A stretch of 64,000 nt of DNA from an uncultured Chloroflexia bacterium (GCA_963828165.1 CAWHDR010000001.1:1728001-1792000), one strand, 5' to 3'. Positions 31,536-44,980 are shown, counted from the stretch's first letter. Notes: generated by a model from the letters alone, not told the origin. Numbers and translations: made by a program.

Positions 31536-32498
31536 ATGCCCATCTCGCTTGCGGTTTCGGAGCGGATCGTCGTTGCCACCGGCGTCGCCACGGCCCTCGC
31601 GGAAGGCCGGCCGGTGGTCGCGCTGGAGTCGACGCTCATCAGCCACGGGTTGCCGTACCCGCAGAATCTCGAGGTCGCGCTCGCGTCCGAGGCGGGCGTG
31701 CGCGAGACCGATGGCGCCGAGCCGGCGACCGTCGCGATCCGAGACGGGCGGCTGCTCGTGGGGCTGGATGCGCAGGCGCTCGAGACGCTGGCGACCGCCC
31801 CGGCTGGCTCGGTGCGCAAGGCGGCACGGCCGACCATGGCCGTCGCGCTGAGCCAAGGCGGTTGGGCGGCCACGACGGTGTCGGCCACGATGATCGCGGC
31901 GCACGCCGCGGGAATCCGGGTGTTCGCGACCGGCGGGATCGGCGGCGTGCACCGGGGCGCCCTGGCTGGTCCCGGGGGCCTGCCGGCATCCTTCGACATC
32001 TCGTCGGATCTCGAGGAGCTCGGCCGCACCCCGATGGCGGTCGTCTGCGCCGGGCCGAAGGCCATCCTCGACGTGCCCGCAACGCTCGAGTACCTGGAGA
32101 CACGGGGCGTGCCGGTCCTGTCGATCGGGCAGGCGGAGCTGCCCGGGTTCTTTGCCCGTTCCGCGGGGATCGCGGCCCCACATCCGGTCGCGGACCTGGC
32201 CGGAGCGGCGGCGGTCGTCGGCCTTCACCTGGGTCTCGGGCTGGGGAGCGGCGTGCTCGTGTGCGTGCCGGTACCCCGGGAGGCGGCACTCCCCGAGGAC
32301 GTTGCCCGCGATGCCGTCGACCGAGCGACCGCCGACGCCGAGACTGCCGGCGTGCGTGGGCCCGCGCTCACCCCCTGGCTCCTTGCACGGATCGCCGAGC
32401 TCACCGGTGGCGCGTCCCTCCGGGCGAACACGGCGCTCATCGTCAACGACGCTCGGGTTGCCGCGGAACTGGCGGCGCACCTCGTCGGCTCCGACTAG
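31536..32498 (+). CDS. psuG: Pseudouridine-5'-phosphate glycosidase
   Basis: VALESTLISHG, TTVSATM, ATGGIGGVHRG, DISSDL, TPWLL. Confidence 0.93.
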   Translation: MPISLAVSERIVVATGVATALAEGRPVVALESTLISHGLPYPQNLEVALASEAGVRETDGAEPATVAIRDGRLLVGLDAQALETLATAPAGSVRKAARPTMAVALSQGGWAATTVSATMIAAHAAGIRVFATGGIGGVHRGALAGPGGLPASFDISSDLEELGRTPMAVVCAGPKAILDVPATLEYLETRGVPVLSIGQAELPGFFARSAGIAAPHPVADLAGAAAVVGLHLGLGLGSGVLVCVPVPREAALPEDVARDAVDRATADAETAGVRGPALTPWLLARIAELTGGASLRANTALIVNDARVAAELAAHLVGSD

Positions 32499-32536
32499 CA
32501 TCGCGACGAGGCCCATCCGCCCCGACCATCGGCGTC

Positions 32537-32565
32537 TTGCTGGCAAACGGACCGCTCGCTACACT
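32537..32565 (+). promoter_or_regulatory. sigma70-type promoter
   Basis: TTGCTG-17 bp-TACACT, ~95 nt upstream of ORF 32661, which has a GAGGAGG RBS. Confidence 0.65.
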
Positions 32566-32660
32566 CCCGCGACGGGGGTCATCCGCCTGTCCGAGTGCCG
32601 GGTCGCGGAACTCACCGAAGCTCGACCAGACCATCGGTTTCCTGAGGAGGACGGCTGCGC

Positions 32661-33200
32661 ATGCGGATCTACGAGGGCAGCCCGCGCCAGGACTTCGAGG
32701 AGGTCTTTCGCTCGATCGGCGCGTTCCTCGATCAGCGTGGCATGAAGGACGTCCTGCTGGTCGAGGCGCCCGACGGTTTCATCGTGCAAGGGCTCGTGAC
32801 GTCGGGCGCGGGCGGCGGCTCGTGGTCCGAATCGCTCGGGACCCAGGTCAAGGAGACCCTTACGTTCCTCGACGACGACATCGCGCGGTTCATGGAGGAG
32901 GCCGCCGCCCGGCGCGGTCTCGCCGAGGCCGCTCCACCGCCACCCGCCCACCAGGCGGGCTACTATGAGACCGCGTTCCGAGTGCTCGGCCGCTACGTCG
33001 ACGAGCAGAAGCCACGCGACGTGTTCTTCTTCGAGCAGGACGGCGCATTCGTCCTCCGCCTGCTGCTGGGCACGCAGGCCGGCAACCGCCACGAGCTCGC
33101 CGAGTTCACGCGGGAAGACATCACGAACATGGTCGCGCGCGGACCCAACCTTCGCCATCCGGTGACCAGTCCCGGATCCGGCAGCACGACCAGCGCCTGA
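32661..33200 (+). CDS. Hypothetical protein with an internally duplicated domain
   Basis: Strong RBS and host-like codon use; halves FEEVFRSIGAFLDQ../YETAFRVLGRYVDE.. align. Confidence 0.8.
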   Translation: MRIYEGSPRQDFEEVFRSIGAFLDQRGMKDVLLVEAPDGFIVQGLVTSGAGGGSWSESLGTQVKETLTFLDDDIARFMEEAAARRGLAEAAPPPPAHQAGYYETAFRVLGRYVDEQKPRDVFFFEQDGAFVLRLLLGTQAGNRHELAEFTREDITNMVARGPNLRHPVTSPGSGSTTSA

Positions 33201-33255
33201 CGACACAACGACCCTGTCCGACGTCCACCATCCGCAGACCACAGGAGGCCCACGC

Positions 33256-33411
33256 ATGAAGGCTCTCAAGACCGTCGCCGTCGCGCTCGGCATCACGCTC
33301 GCCGCGCTGATCGTCATCCCACTCGCCGTGTTGGCCGGGCTGTTCGTCTGGCTGAAGCTGACGGAGGAGGCGGACGAAGAGCTCCTCGAGCTCGACCGCG
33401 ACGGCGCCTGA
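33256..33411 (+). CDS. 51-aa single-pass membrane protein (absent from the ORF track)
   Basis: AGGAGG RBS; MKALKTVAVALGITLAALIVIPLAVLAGLFVWLKLTEEADEELLELDRDGA; GC3-rich codons. Confidence 0.75.
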   Translation: MKALKTVAVALGITLAALIVIPLAVLAGLFVWLKLTEEADEELLELDRDGA

Positions 33412-33431
33412 GCGACCCCCAGCCCGCCTCG

Positions 33432-34421
33432 GTGGCGGGCATCGACTCGCGCCCGAACGATCCGACGCAACCGACGCCCGCCGGCAGACCGGCGGGCGTT
33501 CGATTGTTCCGCGACCGACGCCTGACGGAGATCGCCGTCATCGCCGTCATGGTGTTCTGGGCGGCGAACTTCATCGTCGTCAAGGACATCATCGGCGTCC
33601 TTCCACCGGTCGCGTTCACGTTCCTTCGTTACTTCCTGGCGGCGCTGGCGCTGCTGGCGATCCTGCGCTGGTCGGAGGGGGAGGTCCGGTTACCGCGGCC
33701 TGGAGCCGGACGGATCCTGTTGCTCGGTGGCCTCGGGTTCGGCATCTACCAGATGCTGTGGACGGTGGGCCTGCAGTCGATCCCGGCCGGTGATTCCGCG
33801 CTGCTGATCGCGGCCAGCCCGGTCCTCACCGCAGTGATCGCCGTGATGATCGGGACCGACACCCTCAACGCCCGCAAGGCGGTCGGCGTGGTCCTGTCGT
33901 TCGCCGGTGTCGTGCTGGTCATCGCGGCCGGCGTGGGCATCGAGCTGACCGGCTCACCCATCGGGTTCGCGTTGACGATGGGGGCCGCCCTGTGCTGGGC
34001 GACGTACACGGCATTCGGCGCGAAGGTGCTGCGCCGGCACTCCCCGCTCGTGCTGACGACCTGGGCCACGATCGGGGGCACGCTGGTCCTCGCGCCCGTG
34101 GGGCTGGGTCAGCTCCTCGCGCCGGGGGCGCTCGGCCCGGAGCAGGCCGCCAGTCTGCCCAAGATCGTCTTCGCGGTCGCCTTTTCCGGGTTGCTGGCCG
34201 CGGCGCTCGCGAACGTCGTGGTCTTCGAGGGCGTCGGGTTGCTTGGCCCGACCCGGGTGATGACGCTGCAGTCGCTCGTGCCCGCGATGGCCGTGGTCCT
34301 CGCGTTCATCTTCCTGAGCGAGCCGATCCGGCCGGTCCAGATCGTGGGTGGCGCCGTGATCATCGTCGGCGTGGCCCTGACGCGGTGGCATTCGCGCGGG
34401 CCGGCGGTGGCACCCCGGTGA
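33432..34421 (+). CDS. EamA/DMT transporter
   Basis: FWAANF..K, FLRY, two EamA repeats, LSE motif. Confidence 0.88.
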   Translation: MAGIDSRPNDPTQPTPAGRPAGVRLFRDRRLTEIAVIAVMVFWAANFIVVKDIIGVLPPVAFTFLRYFLAALALLAILRWSEGEVRLPRPGAGRILLLGGLGFGIYQMLWTVGLQSIPAGDSALLIAASPVLTAVIAVMIGTDTLNARKAVGVVLSFAGVVLVIAAGVGIELTGSPIGFALTMGAALCWATYTAFGAKVLRRHSPLVLTTWATIGGTLVLAPVGLGQLLAPGALGPEQAASLPKIVFAVAFSGLLAAALANVVVFEGVGLLGPTRVMTLQSLVPAMAVVLAFIFLSEPIRPVQIVGGAVIIVGVALTRWHSRGPAVAPR

Positions 34422-35281
34422 CGGACGAGATCGGCCCCGGTCGCTCGCCGGCCGATCCGCCATCGCCGGCGGTGCGGCCACCTGCGGATGGCGAGCCGCC
34501 CCTTGCGATCCTGATCGACTACGACGGGACGATCTCGCTCACCGATGTGACCGACATGGTCATGGCTGAGCACGTTCCAGGCGTCTGGGAGGAGGCCTCG
34601 GCGCTGTACGACGCTGGGGGCATGGGTTCGCGGCGGTTGATGACCTGGGAGATGTCGCTGGTCGAAGCGGATCCCGCCGCGCTCCTGGCCACGGCCGCCC
34701 GCCAGCCGCACGACCCGAGTTTCGTCCCGTTCGTGCGAAGCACCCAGGCGGCCGGGATCCCGATCGAGATCGTCTCCGACGGCTTTGGCTTCTTCATCGA
34801 GCCGGCCCTCGCCGTACTGGGCGTTCCCGAGCTGCCCGTCGTGACCGCGCGGACCACGTTCACGGGGCGTCGACCATCGATCGCCTTCCCGAACGGCCAT
34901 CCGGCGTGCTTCGTGTGCGGGACGTGCAAGCGCGAGCGCGTGCTCGCCTATCGCGCGACCGGCCGACGCGTCCTGTTCATCGGCGACGGCGAAAGCGACC
35001 GCTACGCGGCGGGTTACAGCGACTTCGTGTTTGCCAAGCGCTCGCTCGAACGGATCTGCCTGGAGGCCGACTGGCCATTCCACCGCTGGACCGCGTTCAG
35101 CGAGATCGAGACGTGGCTGGCCGACCTGCTCGCCGCATGGCGCGCCGATCCCGGCACGCTTCAGCCCGTAGCGCCGGGCGAGCCGCCACCCAGGGGCTAC
35201 TTCTGCGGCCCCGAGGCGTGGGGCGAGGGTCTCGTTGATCCCCCGCCGGGGTCGTGGCCACCGACGTCGGCTCTGGGCTGA
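34418..35281 (+). CDS. HAD-IB phosphatase (MtnX-like)
   Basis: IDYDGT, VSDG, C..CGTCK, IGDGESD; GTGA overlap with the upstream gene. Confidence 0.85.
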   Translation: MTDEIGPGRSPADPPSPAVRPPADGEPPLAILIDYDGTISLTDVTDMVMAEHVPGVWEEASALYDAGGMGSRRLMTWEMSLVEADPAALLATAARQPHDPSFVPFVRSTQAAGIPIEIVSDGFGFFIEPALAVLGVPELPVVTARTTFTGRRPSIAFPNGHPACFVCGTCKRERVLAYRATGRRVLFIGDGESDRYAAGYSDFVFAKRSLERICLEADWPFHRWTAFSEIETWLADLLAAWRADPGTLQPVAPGEPPPRGYFCGPEAWGEGLVDPPPGSWPPTSALG

Positions 35282-35295
35282 CCCACGCAGGCTGA

Positions 35296-35991
35296 TCAGC
35301 CTGGGTTGTCCGTCCCCGCAGGGGTTGGCTCAGGCGTAGTCGGCGGCGCAACCGGATGGTCCACCAGCGCCGCGAACGCGTCACGGCTCAGGGTGCCATC
35401 GAACTCGGTGGCGACGGATCCCTCGGCAGCCACGGGATACGCCGCCACGATCAATGGCAGTTCCGGACGACGGACGCCATCCTCGTCGGGGCTGGGTTGC
35501 AGGAAGAACGCGTAGGTCCTTCCCTTCTCGAGTCGAGCGGCATTGTCCACGATGTGCTCCACGCAGTCGGCGGACCCGCCGGCGTTGACCACCCGGATGG
35601 CGCCGGGTCCGTGGTCGCCGCGGAGCGACTGCGTGATCTGAAGGTTGATCGGCGTCTGGATCCCAGGATTGAATCGCGGTCCGTTCGCACGTTCGGGCTT
35701 CGCCCCGTTCTTGGTGTTCCAGACGCCGCGTTCGATGGCCTTGACCTGGGCGATGACCACGGAGTCGGTGAACTCCGATAGGGCAGCGACCGTTCGTGGC
35801 GGCGTGTCAACGCTTTCATGGATCTCGTAGCAGTCTGCCCCGGCCGTCGCTGCGGGCGCCGGCACCACAGGCACCGCGGTGGATGGGGGATCGTTGGGAG
35901 CTCCGGGCCTGGCCGTGCATGCCATTAGCGCTCCGGCTACCAGAAGCAGCGAGGCGGCGAACGGGACGTTGATCTTTCGCATGTGGATCAT
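35296..35991 (-). CDS. Hypothetical lipoprotein
   Basis: Signal peptide with LMAC lipobox; directly downstream of the metalloprotease; start 35991 or 35982. Confidence 0.7.
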   Translation of the reverse strand: MIHMRKINVPFAASLLLVAGALMACTARPGAPNDPPSTAVPVVPAPAATAGADCYEIHESVDTPPRTVAALSEFTDSVVIAQVKAIERGVWNTKNGAKPERANGPRFNPGIQTPINLQITQSLRGDHGPGAIRVVNAGGSADCVEHIVDNAARLEKGRTYAFFLQPSPDEDGVRRPELPLIVAAYPVAAEGSVATEFDGTLSRDAFAALVDHPVAPPTTPEPTPAGTDNPG

Positions 35992-35996
35992 CCCTC

Positions 35997-37028
35997 TCAG
36001 CTCGGCGCCAGCGGCGTGGAGTAGATCCTGGTGAGCAGGAACTGGTCGTCGATGTGCGGCCCCTGGAACTCGGCTCCGTGGCATGTCGCCTTAGACCCGA
36101 CAAAGCCGCCAGTTGTGATGTGCATCAACCCAAGGACGTGGCCGACCTCATGACAGATCAGCGGGTTCCAGTTGTTACTGGAGCCCGTGGTGGCGTTGTT
36201 GATCTTGACGAAGCCTGAGTTGTAGTACTGGGGAAACGTCGACTGGGCGATCGACTGCGCTCGTGCATAGGCATCGTCGTTGGGGTCGTTGTACTCGAAG
36301 AAGATGACGGCGTGATCGCCCCCCACCGTCGCGGTCCAATGGGGGCTGGGCCCGGTCAGATCCTCGTACGCCTGCAGCACCGCGTTGATGTCCGAGTTCG
36401 GCGAATTCTCGAGGTTCTGGAGGCTCTGGTCGAGGTGATACTTGATCGTGATGGGGCCGCCCGTCGCCGTGGTCCGCCATCGATGGCAGTAGTCACCGGG
36501 TGTGTCATCGCAGGTGTACGGGGAGTTCGGGTAGTTGCCGTCGTACTGCGCCCACATCAGCGAGCGTTTCGTGATGGCCGTCCGCCATGCACCTCCGTGG
36601 AAGATCTCGCCCTTGGCGAGGAAGGCGGGCCGATCCCGGTACTGCTTGCTCCAGCCGCTGTCCGTCGCGCCGCCCCTTGCGCTGAGCCGGTCGGTTTCGG
36701 TGTAGATGGTGGGCGTCGCGTCGTTGGGCGTGTCGTACGTGTACAGCCGCTCGCGCGAATCCACGGCACTCGAGGTCAGGTTGTAGACGCGAGACCAGAC
36801 CGTCGCGCAGTGCACGGACTGGCGGAGTTCGACTCGGCCGATGACGGCGCCTGACGACGACAGGATGTTGGCGCTACTGAGGACATACACGGTGTGGCTG
36901 CCATCGCCGCAGACCGTCGTACCCGGATTCGTGCCGTCATATGGCAGCGCGAGCGCGGGGGTCGCTGATCCGGCCAGGGTGGTTCCGGCGATGGTCATGG
37001 CGAGCAACAAACGCCGTGCGGTCCTCAC
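35997..37028 (-). CDS. Secreted DUF2690-like domain fused to a metzincin zinc metalloprotease
   Basis: Signal peptide; YDGTNP..C..VELRQS..C.TVWSR; HEVGHVLGLMH. Confidence 0.8.
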   Translation of the reverse strand: MRTARRLLLAMTIAGTTLAGSATPALALPYDGTNPGTTVCGDGSHTVYVLSSANILSSSGAVIGRVELRQSVHCATVWSRVYNLTSSAVDSRERLYTYDTPNDATPTIYTETDRLSARGGATDSGWSKQYRDRPAFLAKGEIFHGGAWRTAITKRSLMWAQYDGNYPNSPYTCDDTPGDYCHRWRTTATGGPITIKYHLDQSLQNLENSPNSDINAVLQAYEDLTGPSPHWTATVGGDHAVIFFEYNDPNDDAYARAQSIAQSTFPQYYNSGFVKINNATTGSSNNWNPLICHEVGHVLGLMHITTGGFVGSKATCHGAEFQGPHIDDQFLLTRIYSTPLAPS

Positions 37029-37148
37029 GGTTCCCCTCCGCTGCTGTCATCTCCGCTTCACAATGAGGCTGCCGCGGACCTTAGCAGCGCCGCGTCGCGT
37101 TCCTGTCGCGGTACCGGTTTCCGATCGCCTGTGGTTTCGCGCTGGAGA

Positions 37149-40823
<3,675 letters not shown>

Positions 40824-40944
40824 GGGCGGCTTCGAAACGCTCCTGTCGCGTCGAGCGCGACGCGCGCCGCGAAGGTGTGCGCCCGCTCGGAGGTAGAATC
40901 CCTCCCCACGCTGACCGCTGACCGTTGATCGGAGCCCGCCCGCC

Positions 40945-41658
40945 ATGAAGATCTTCCTCGACACCGCCGACATCGAAGAGATCCGCACCGTCGCCCGCTG
41001 GGGCATCCTCGACGGGGTGACCACGAACCCCACGCTGTTCTCGAAGACCAGCGGCATGAGCTACGAAGAGGTCCTCAAGGAGATCTGCTCCATCACGAGC
41101 GGACCCGTGTCGGCCGAGGTGGTCGCCGAGGACGTCGACGGCATGCTCACCGAGGGTCGGGCCTTCGCGAAGCTCGCCCCGAACATCGTGGTCAAGGTCC
41201 CGATGAGCGAAGAGGGCCTCGAGGCGATGAGCCGCTTCGCCGACGAGGGCATCAAGACCAACTGCACGCTGATCTTCACCGCCAACCAGGGACTCCTGGC
41301 CGCGAAGGCGGGTGCCAGCCTGCTCTCACCGTTCGTCGGGCGGCTCGACGACATCAACCAGGACGGGATGATCGTGGTCCGTGAACTGGCGGAGATCGTC
41401 GCCATCCACGAGCTCGATACCGAGGTGCTCGCGGCCTCCATCCGTACCCCGGTGCACATGACCCAGGCGGCCCTGGCGGGCGCCCACGTTGCGACGCTCC
41501 CGTTCAAGGTCCTCAAGCAGATGGTCCGCCACCCGCTCACTGACAGCGGCATCACCCAGTTCCGCTCCGATTGGGAGAAGGCTCGCGAGGCGCTGGCAAC
41601 ACAGGACGGCGGCGAGAAGAAGGAAGTCGCGGCCACGGCGGCCAAGCCCGGCGAGTAG
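40945..41658 (+). CDS. tal: Transaldolase (FSA/TalC type)
   Basis: FLDTA, GVTTNP, VVKVP, NCTLIF, SPFVGR, AASIR. Confidence 0.93.
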   Translation: MKIFLDTADIEEIRTVARWGILDGVTTNPTLFSKTSGMSYEEVLKEICSITSGPVSAEVVAEDVDGMLTEGRAFAKLAPNIVVKVPMSEEGLEAMSRFADEGIKTNCTLIFTANQGLLAAKAGASLLSPFVGRLDDINQDGMIVVRELAEIVAIHELDTEVLAASIRTPVHMTQAALAGAHVATLPFKVLKQMVRHPLTDSGITQFRSDWEKAREALATQDGGEKKEVAATAAKPGE

Positions 41659-41724
41659 CTCGCGCCGGCGGATCGGTACCGAGCGTCCGGCCGTGCCATC
41701 ATCGATGATCGAACGAGGTCAGCG

Positions 41725-43545
41725 GTGAGCTCGGATCAGGACCGCTCGGAGGACCCGCCCGTGGCAGTGACAGAGGAGATACTCGGGCAGTTCCTGGGCG
41801 ACGAGGCGTTCCCCGTGACCTGGGAGTCCGACGTCGAGAAGGACTTCTTCTGGGTCTACGACGACCTGCATTGCCCCCACCCGGTCAGCCCGATGTTCTT
41901 CGACATCGGTGGTTGGTGGCTGAGCTGCGACCACATGTTTCGTCGGTTCGGCACGCCGTTCGCGGTCGACTGGCTGGCCAAGAACGTCAACGGCTACGTC
42001 TACACGACGGCCATCCCGGCCGATCCCGATCTCCGTATCGACGCCACCGAGTACAGCTCGCGCTACCAGGCCCGCGTGCCGCGCGACACCTCGTTCGCCG
42101 ACAACATGGGCGCCTACCTCGACACGGTCCTGCCCGTTTATGGCGAGCAGTTCGCCGGCTGGTGGCACGACCGGCTCGTGCCCGAGATGCAGCGCAACTT
42201 CGCGTCGCTCGAGGAGCGCCTCGACGCCGCCGCCGGGATGTCGCTCGCCCAGGTGTCGGTGCTGCTCGAAGACGCGATCGACATGCACGATCGCCACTGG
42301 AAGATCCACTGGATGCTCAACTTCGCCCAGCTGTCGGCGACGCTGAACCTGCGCGCGGTGATGGAGAAGCACCGCGGTGGAGTCGATGAGCAGTTGCTCG
42401 GGCGACTACAGAATTCCGCTTCCGACCGCAACTGGGACTCGATCGAAGCGCTCTGGGAGATGAAGAACGAAGTCCGTGACGACGCCGAGCTGCGGACGGC
42501 ATTCGCCGCCGGCGGGGTCCCCGAGATCGTCCGGAACCTCAAGGGGACGGAACGGGGCAGGCGGTTCATCACGGAGCGCGTCGAGCCATATCAGCGAGAG
42601 TTCGGCTGGCACGCGGTCTGGAGCCACGAATTCATCTTCCCAACCGTGCGTGAGCACATGGAGCCGGCCATCGAGCTCGTTCGCGGCTACCTCCTGACGG
42701 ACTACGACTACCCGACTGCGATCGAGGCGATGCGCGCCGACATCGAAGCCGCATCGCGCGAGATCCTCGAGGGCCTCAGCGGGGACGCCCTCGAGGAGAT
42801 GCGTGCGGCGAACGCCGTCAACCTGCGGATGGCGCCACTCACGCCCGACCACCACTTCTACATCGACCAGGGGGCCAACGCCCACGTTCGACTCGTCCTC
42901 ATCGAAGTGGGGCGGAAGCTCGTCGACGCCGGCCGCCTCGATCAGCCGGACGACGTGATGTTCCTGCGCTACTACGAGCTCCGCAGCCTGATCGGGAGCG
43001 CGAGCGCCCTCGATGGGCGGTCTCTGGTCGCGGCGCGACGCTCCGAGCGCGAGGCAGCCGCCCGCCTGCACCCGCGCGACTGGGTCGGCACGGTGACGCC
43101 GTCGCAGCTCGCCTTCCCGTATCTCGTCAACTGGGGCTACCCGGACCGCTTCTACCAGACGCAGTCGAGCGATGAGCGATTGATCACGGGGATCGGCGGC
43201 TCGCCAGGCGTGATCGAGGGCGTCGCCCGGGTGGTGCGAACCGTCGACGAGTTCGATGAGGTCCGTGACGGCGACATCCTGGTCTGCCAGATGACGAACC
43301 CGGCCTGGGTCGTCCTGTTCACGAAGATCGCGGGGCTCGTCACCGACACCGGCGGCACCACCTCGCATCCAGCCGTGCTCTCGCGCGAATTCGGGATCCC
43401 CGCGGTCATCGGCACATCGGTGGCAACGCAGCGCATCGTCACCGGCGACCGCATCAAGATCGATGGGACGGCCGGCAGCGTGGAGATCCTGCGCGCCGAG
43501 GCGGCCCGACCAACGGCCGCCGCGGCGTCCGCGATCGGGTCATAG
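41725..43545 (+). CDS. PEP-utilizing mobile-domain protein (phenylphosphate synthase alpha / CreH / rifampicin phosphotransferase substrate-domain-like)
   Basis: FW.YDDLHCPHP.SP N-terminus, large helical middle, C-terminal GGTTSHPAVLSREFGIPAV phospho-His domain; no ATP-grasp domain. Confidence 0.8.
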   Translation: MSSDQDRSEDPPVAVTEEILGQFLGDEAFPVTWESDVEKDFFWVYDDLHCPHPVSPMFFDIGGWWLSCDHMFRRFGTPFAVDWLAKNVNGYVYTTAIPADPDLRIDATEYSSRYQARVPRDTSFADNMGAYLDTVLPVYGEQFAGWWHDRLVPEMQRNFASLEERLDAAAGMSLAQVSVLLEDAIDMHDRHWKIHWMLNFAQLSATLNLRAVMEKHRGGVDEQLLGRLQNSASDRNWDSIEALWEMKNEVRDDAELRTAFAAGGVPEIVRNLKGTERGRRFITERVEPYQREFGWHAVWSHEFIFPTVREHMEPAIELVRGYLLTDYDYPTAIEAMRADIEAASREILEGLSGDALEEMRAANAVNLRMAPLTPDHHFYIDQGANAHVRLVLIEVGRKLVDAGRLDQPDDVMFLRYYELRSLIGSASALDGRSLVAARRSEREAAARLHPRDWVGTVTPSQLAFPYLVNWGYPDRFYQTQSSDERLITGIGGSPGVIEGVARVVRTVDEFDEVRDGDILVCQMTNPAWVVLFTKIAGLVTDTGGTTSHPAVLSREFGIPAVIGTSVATQRIVTGDRIKIDGTAGSVEILRAEAARPTAAAASAIGS

Positions 43546-44420
43546 CCCTGCGTCCCTTCGAGTACGAGCGGCCGACCCGCCTCGGCGACGCCATCGCGCT
43601 GCTCGCCTCGGGGGATTCCGAGGCGCGCCCCCTGGCGGGCGGCACGGACCTGATCATCCGACTCCGCGATGGGACGATCCGACCGCGAACGGTGGTGGAC
43701 ATCAAGGGGCTCGCCGAGCTCGATGGCGACATCCGAGAGGACGACGAATCGCTGAGGATCGGGGCTCGGACCGTGATGACGGACATCGTCGGCGACGAGC
43801 GCATCCGGCGTGACTATCAGGCACTCGCCGAGGGGGCGGCCGTAGTGGGTTCCGCCCAGATCCGGAACCGGGCGACGCTGGCCGGCAACATCTGCAACGC
43901 CTCGCCGGCGGCCGACACGGCGCCGGCACTCCTCGTGTACGGCGCGGTGGTCACCGCGGCGGGACCGACGGGCAGGCGGCGCATCGCGATCGACGACTTC
44001 TTCGTGAGCTCCGGCGTCACGACGTTGGCTCCCGGCGAGCTTGTGACCGCGATCGAGTTGCCACGCTCGCCGATCCGGCAAGGGGCCGTCCATGTTCGGC
44101 GGACCCGACGGCGTGGCCACGACCTCGCGTCGGTCACGCTGGCCTGCGCGGTCCTGGCCGACAGGGTCACCCGGCTGGCCTTCGGAAGTCTCGGGCCCCG
44201 GCCGGTCCTGGTCGTCGACGAGACGGGTGTCCTGGCCGATCCAGCAGCGCCGGACGACGCAAAGATGCGGCGGCTCGAGGAGCTGTTCGTGGATGCCAGC
44301 CCGTCCGCGCGTTCGATGCGAGCCAGCCCGGAGTACCGGCTGGCGATGCTGCGCGTGCTCGGCCTTCGGGCGGTTGAGAAGGCGATCGCGCGGCTGGCTG
44401 ATGGGACCGGCCGGGTATGA
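43542..44420 (+). CDS. Xanthine dehydrogenase-family FAD subunit (CoxM-like)
   Basis: LRPFEYERP...LAGGTDL lies upstream of the annotated GTG 43692; QIRNRATLAGN..NASPAAD; start must be ATA 43542 or CTG 43548. Confidence 0.88.
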   Translation: MALRPFEYERPTRLGDAIALLASGDSEARPLAGGTDLIIRLRDGTIRPRTVVDIKGLAELDGDIREDDESLRIGARTVMTDIVGDERIRRDYQALAEGAAVVGSAQIRNRATLAGNICNASPAADTAPALLVYGAVVTAAGPTGRRRIAIDDFFVSSGVTTLAPGELVTAIELPRSPIRQGAVHVRRTRRRGHDLASVTLACAVLADRVTRLAFGSLGPRPVLVVDETGVLADPAAPDDAKMRRLEELFVDASPSARSMRASPEYRLAMLRVLGLRAVEKAIARLADGTGRV

Positions 44421-44980
44421 CAACGACACGACGGATCGAGATGGCGGTCAACGGCCGCGCTCGCTCGATCGAGGTCGCGGCGCACCACACGCTCCTCGAG
44501 GTCCTGCGGGACGATCTCGGGCTCACCGGGACGAAGGAGTGCTGCCTGGTCGGCGAGTGTGGCGCCTGCACGGTCCTGATCGATGACGTCAGTGCCGATT
44601 CGTGCTTGGTCCTCGCAGCCGAGGTGGACGGCGCGAGCGTCACGACCGTCGAGGGTCTCGCCGACGGCGGTACGCTCCATCCCCTGCAGCAGGCCTTTCT
44701 GGATACGGGCGCCGTGCAGTGCGGTTTCTGCATCCCGGGCCAGCTGATGGCGGCGCGGGCACTGCTCGCCGAGAATCCGCACCCATCGCGCGCTGAGATC
44801 GAGGAAGGGCTAGCCGGAAACCTTTGCCGGTGCGCCGGGTACGAGCAGATCATCGAGGCGGTGTCGGCAGCGGCCGCCGTCGGGGAGACCGGCGGCCACG
44901 CTGTGCCTGCCGCGCGAGCCCAGGCGCCAGCAACCAGGGATCGATCATCGACCCCTGACGCCGACGTCGCGCCGCAATGA
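44417..44980 (+). CDS. Xanthine dehydrogenase-family 2x[2Fe-2S] subunit (CoxS-like)
   Basis: C....CGAC..., QCGFC, NLCRC. Confidence 0.93.
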   Translation: MTTTRRIEMAVNGRARSIEVAAHHTLLEVLRDDLGLTGTKECCLVGECGACTVLIDDVSADSCLVLAAEVDGASVTTVEGLADGGTLHPLQQAFLDTGAVQCGFCIPGQLMAARALLAENPHPSRAEIEEGLAGNLCRCAGYEQIIEAVSAAAAVGETGGHAVPAARAQAPATRDRSSTPDADVAPQ

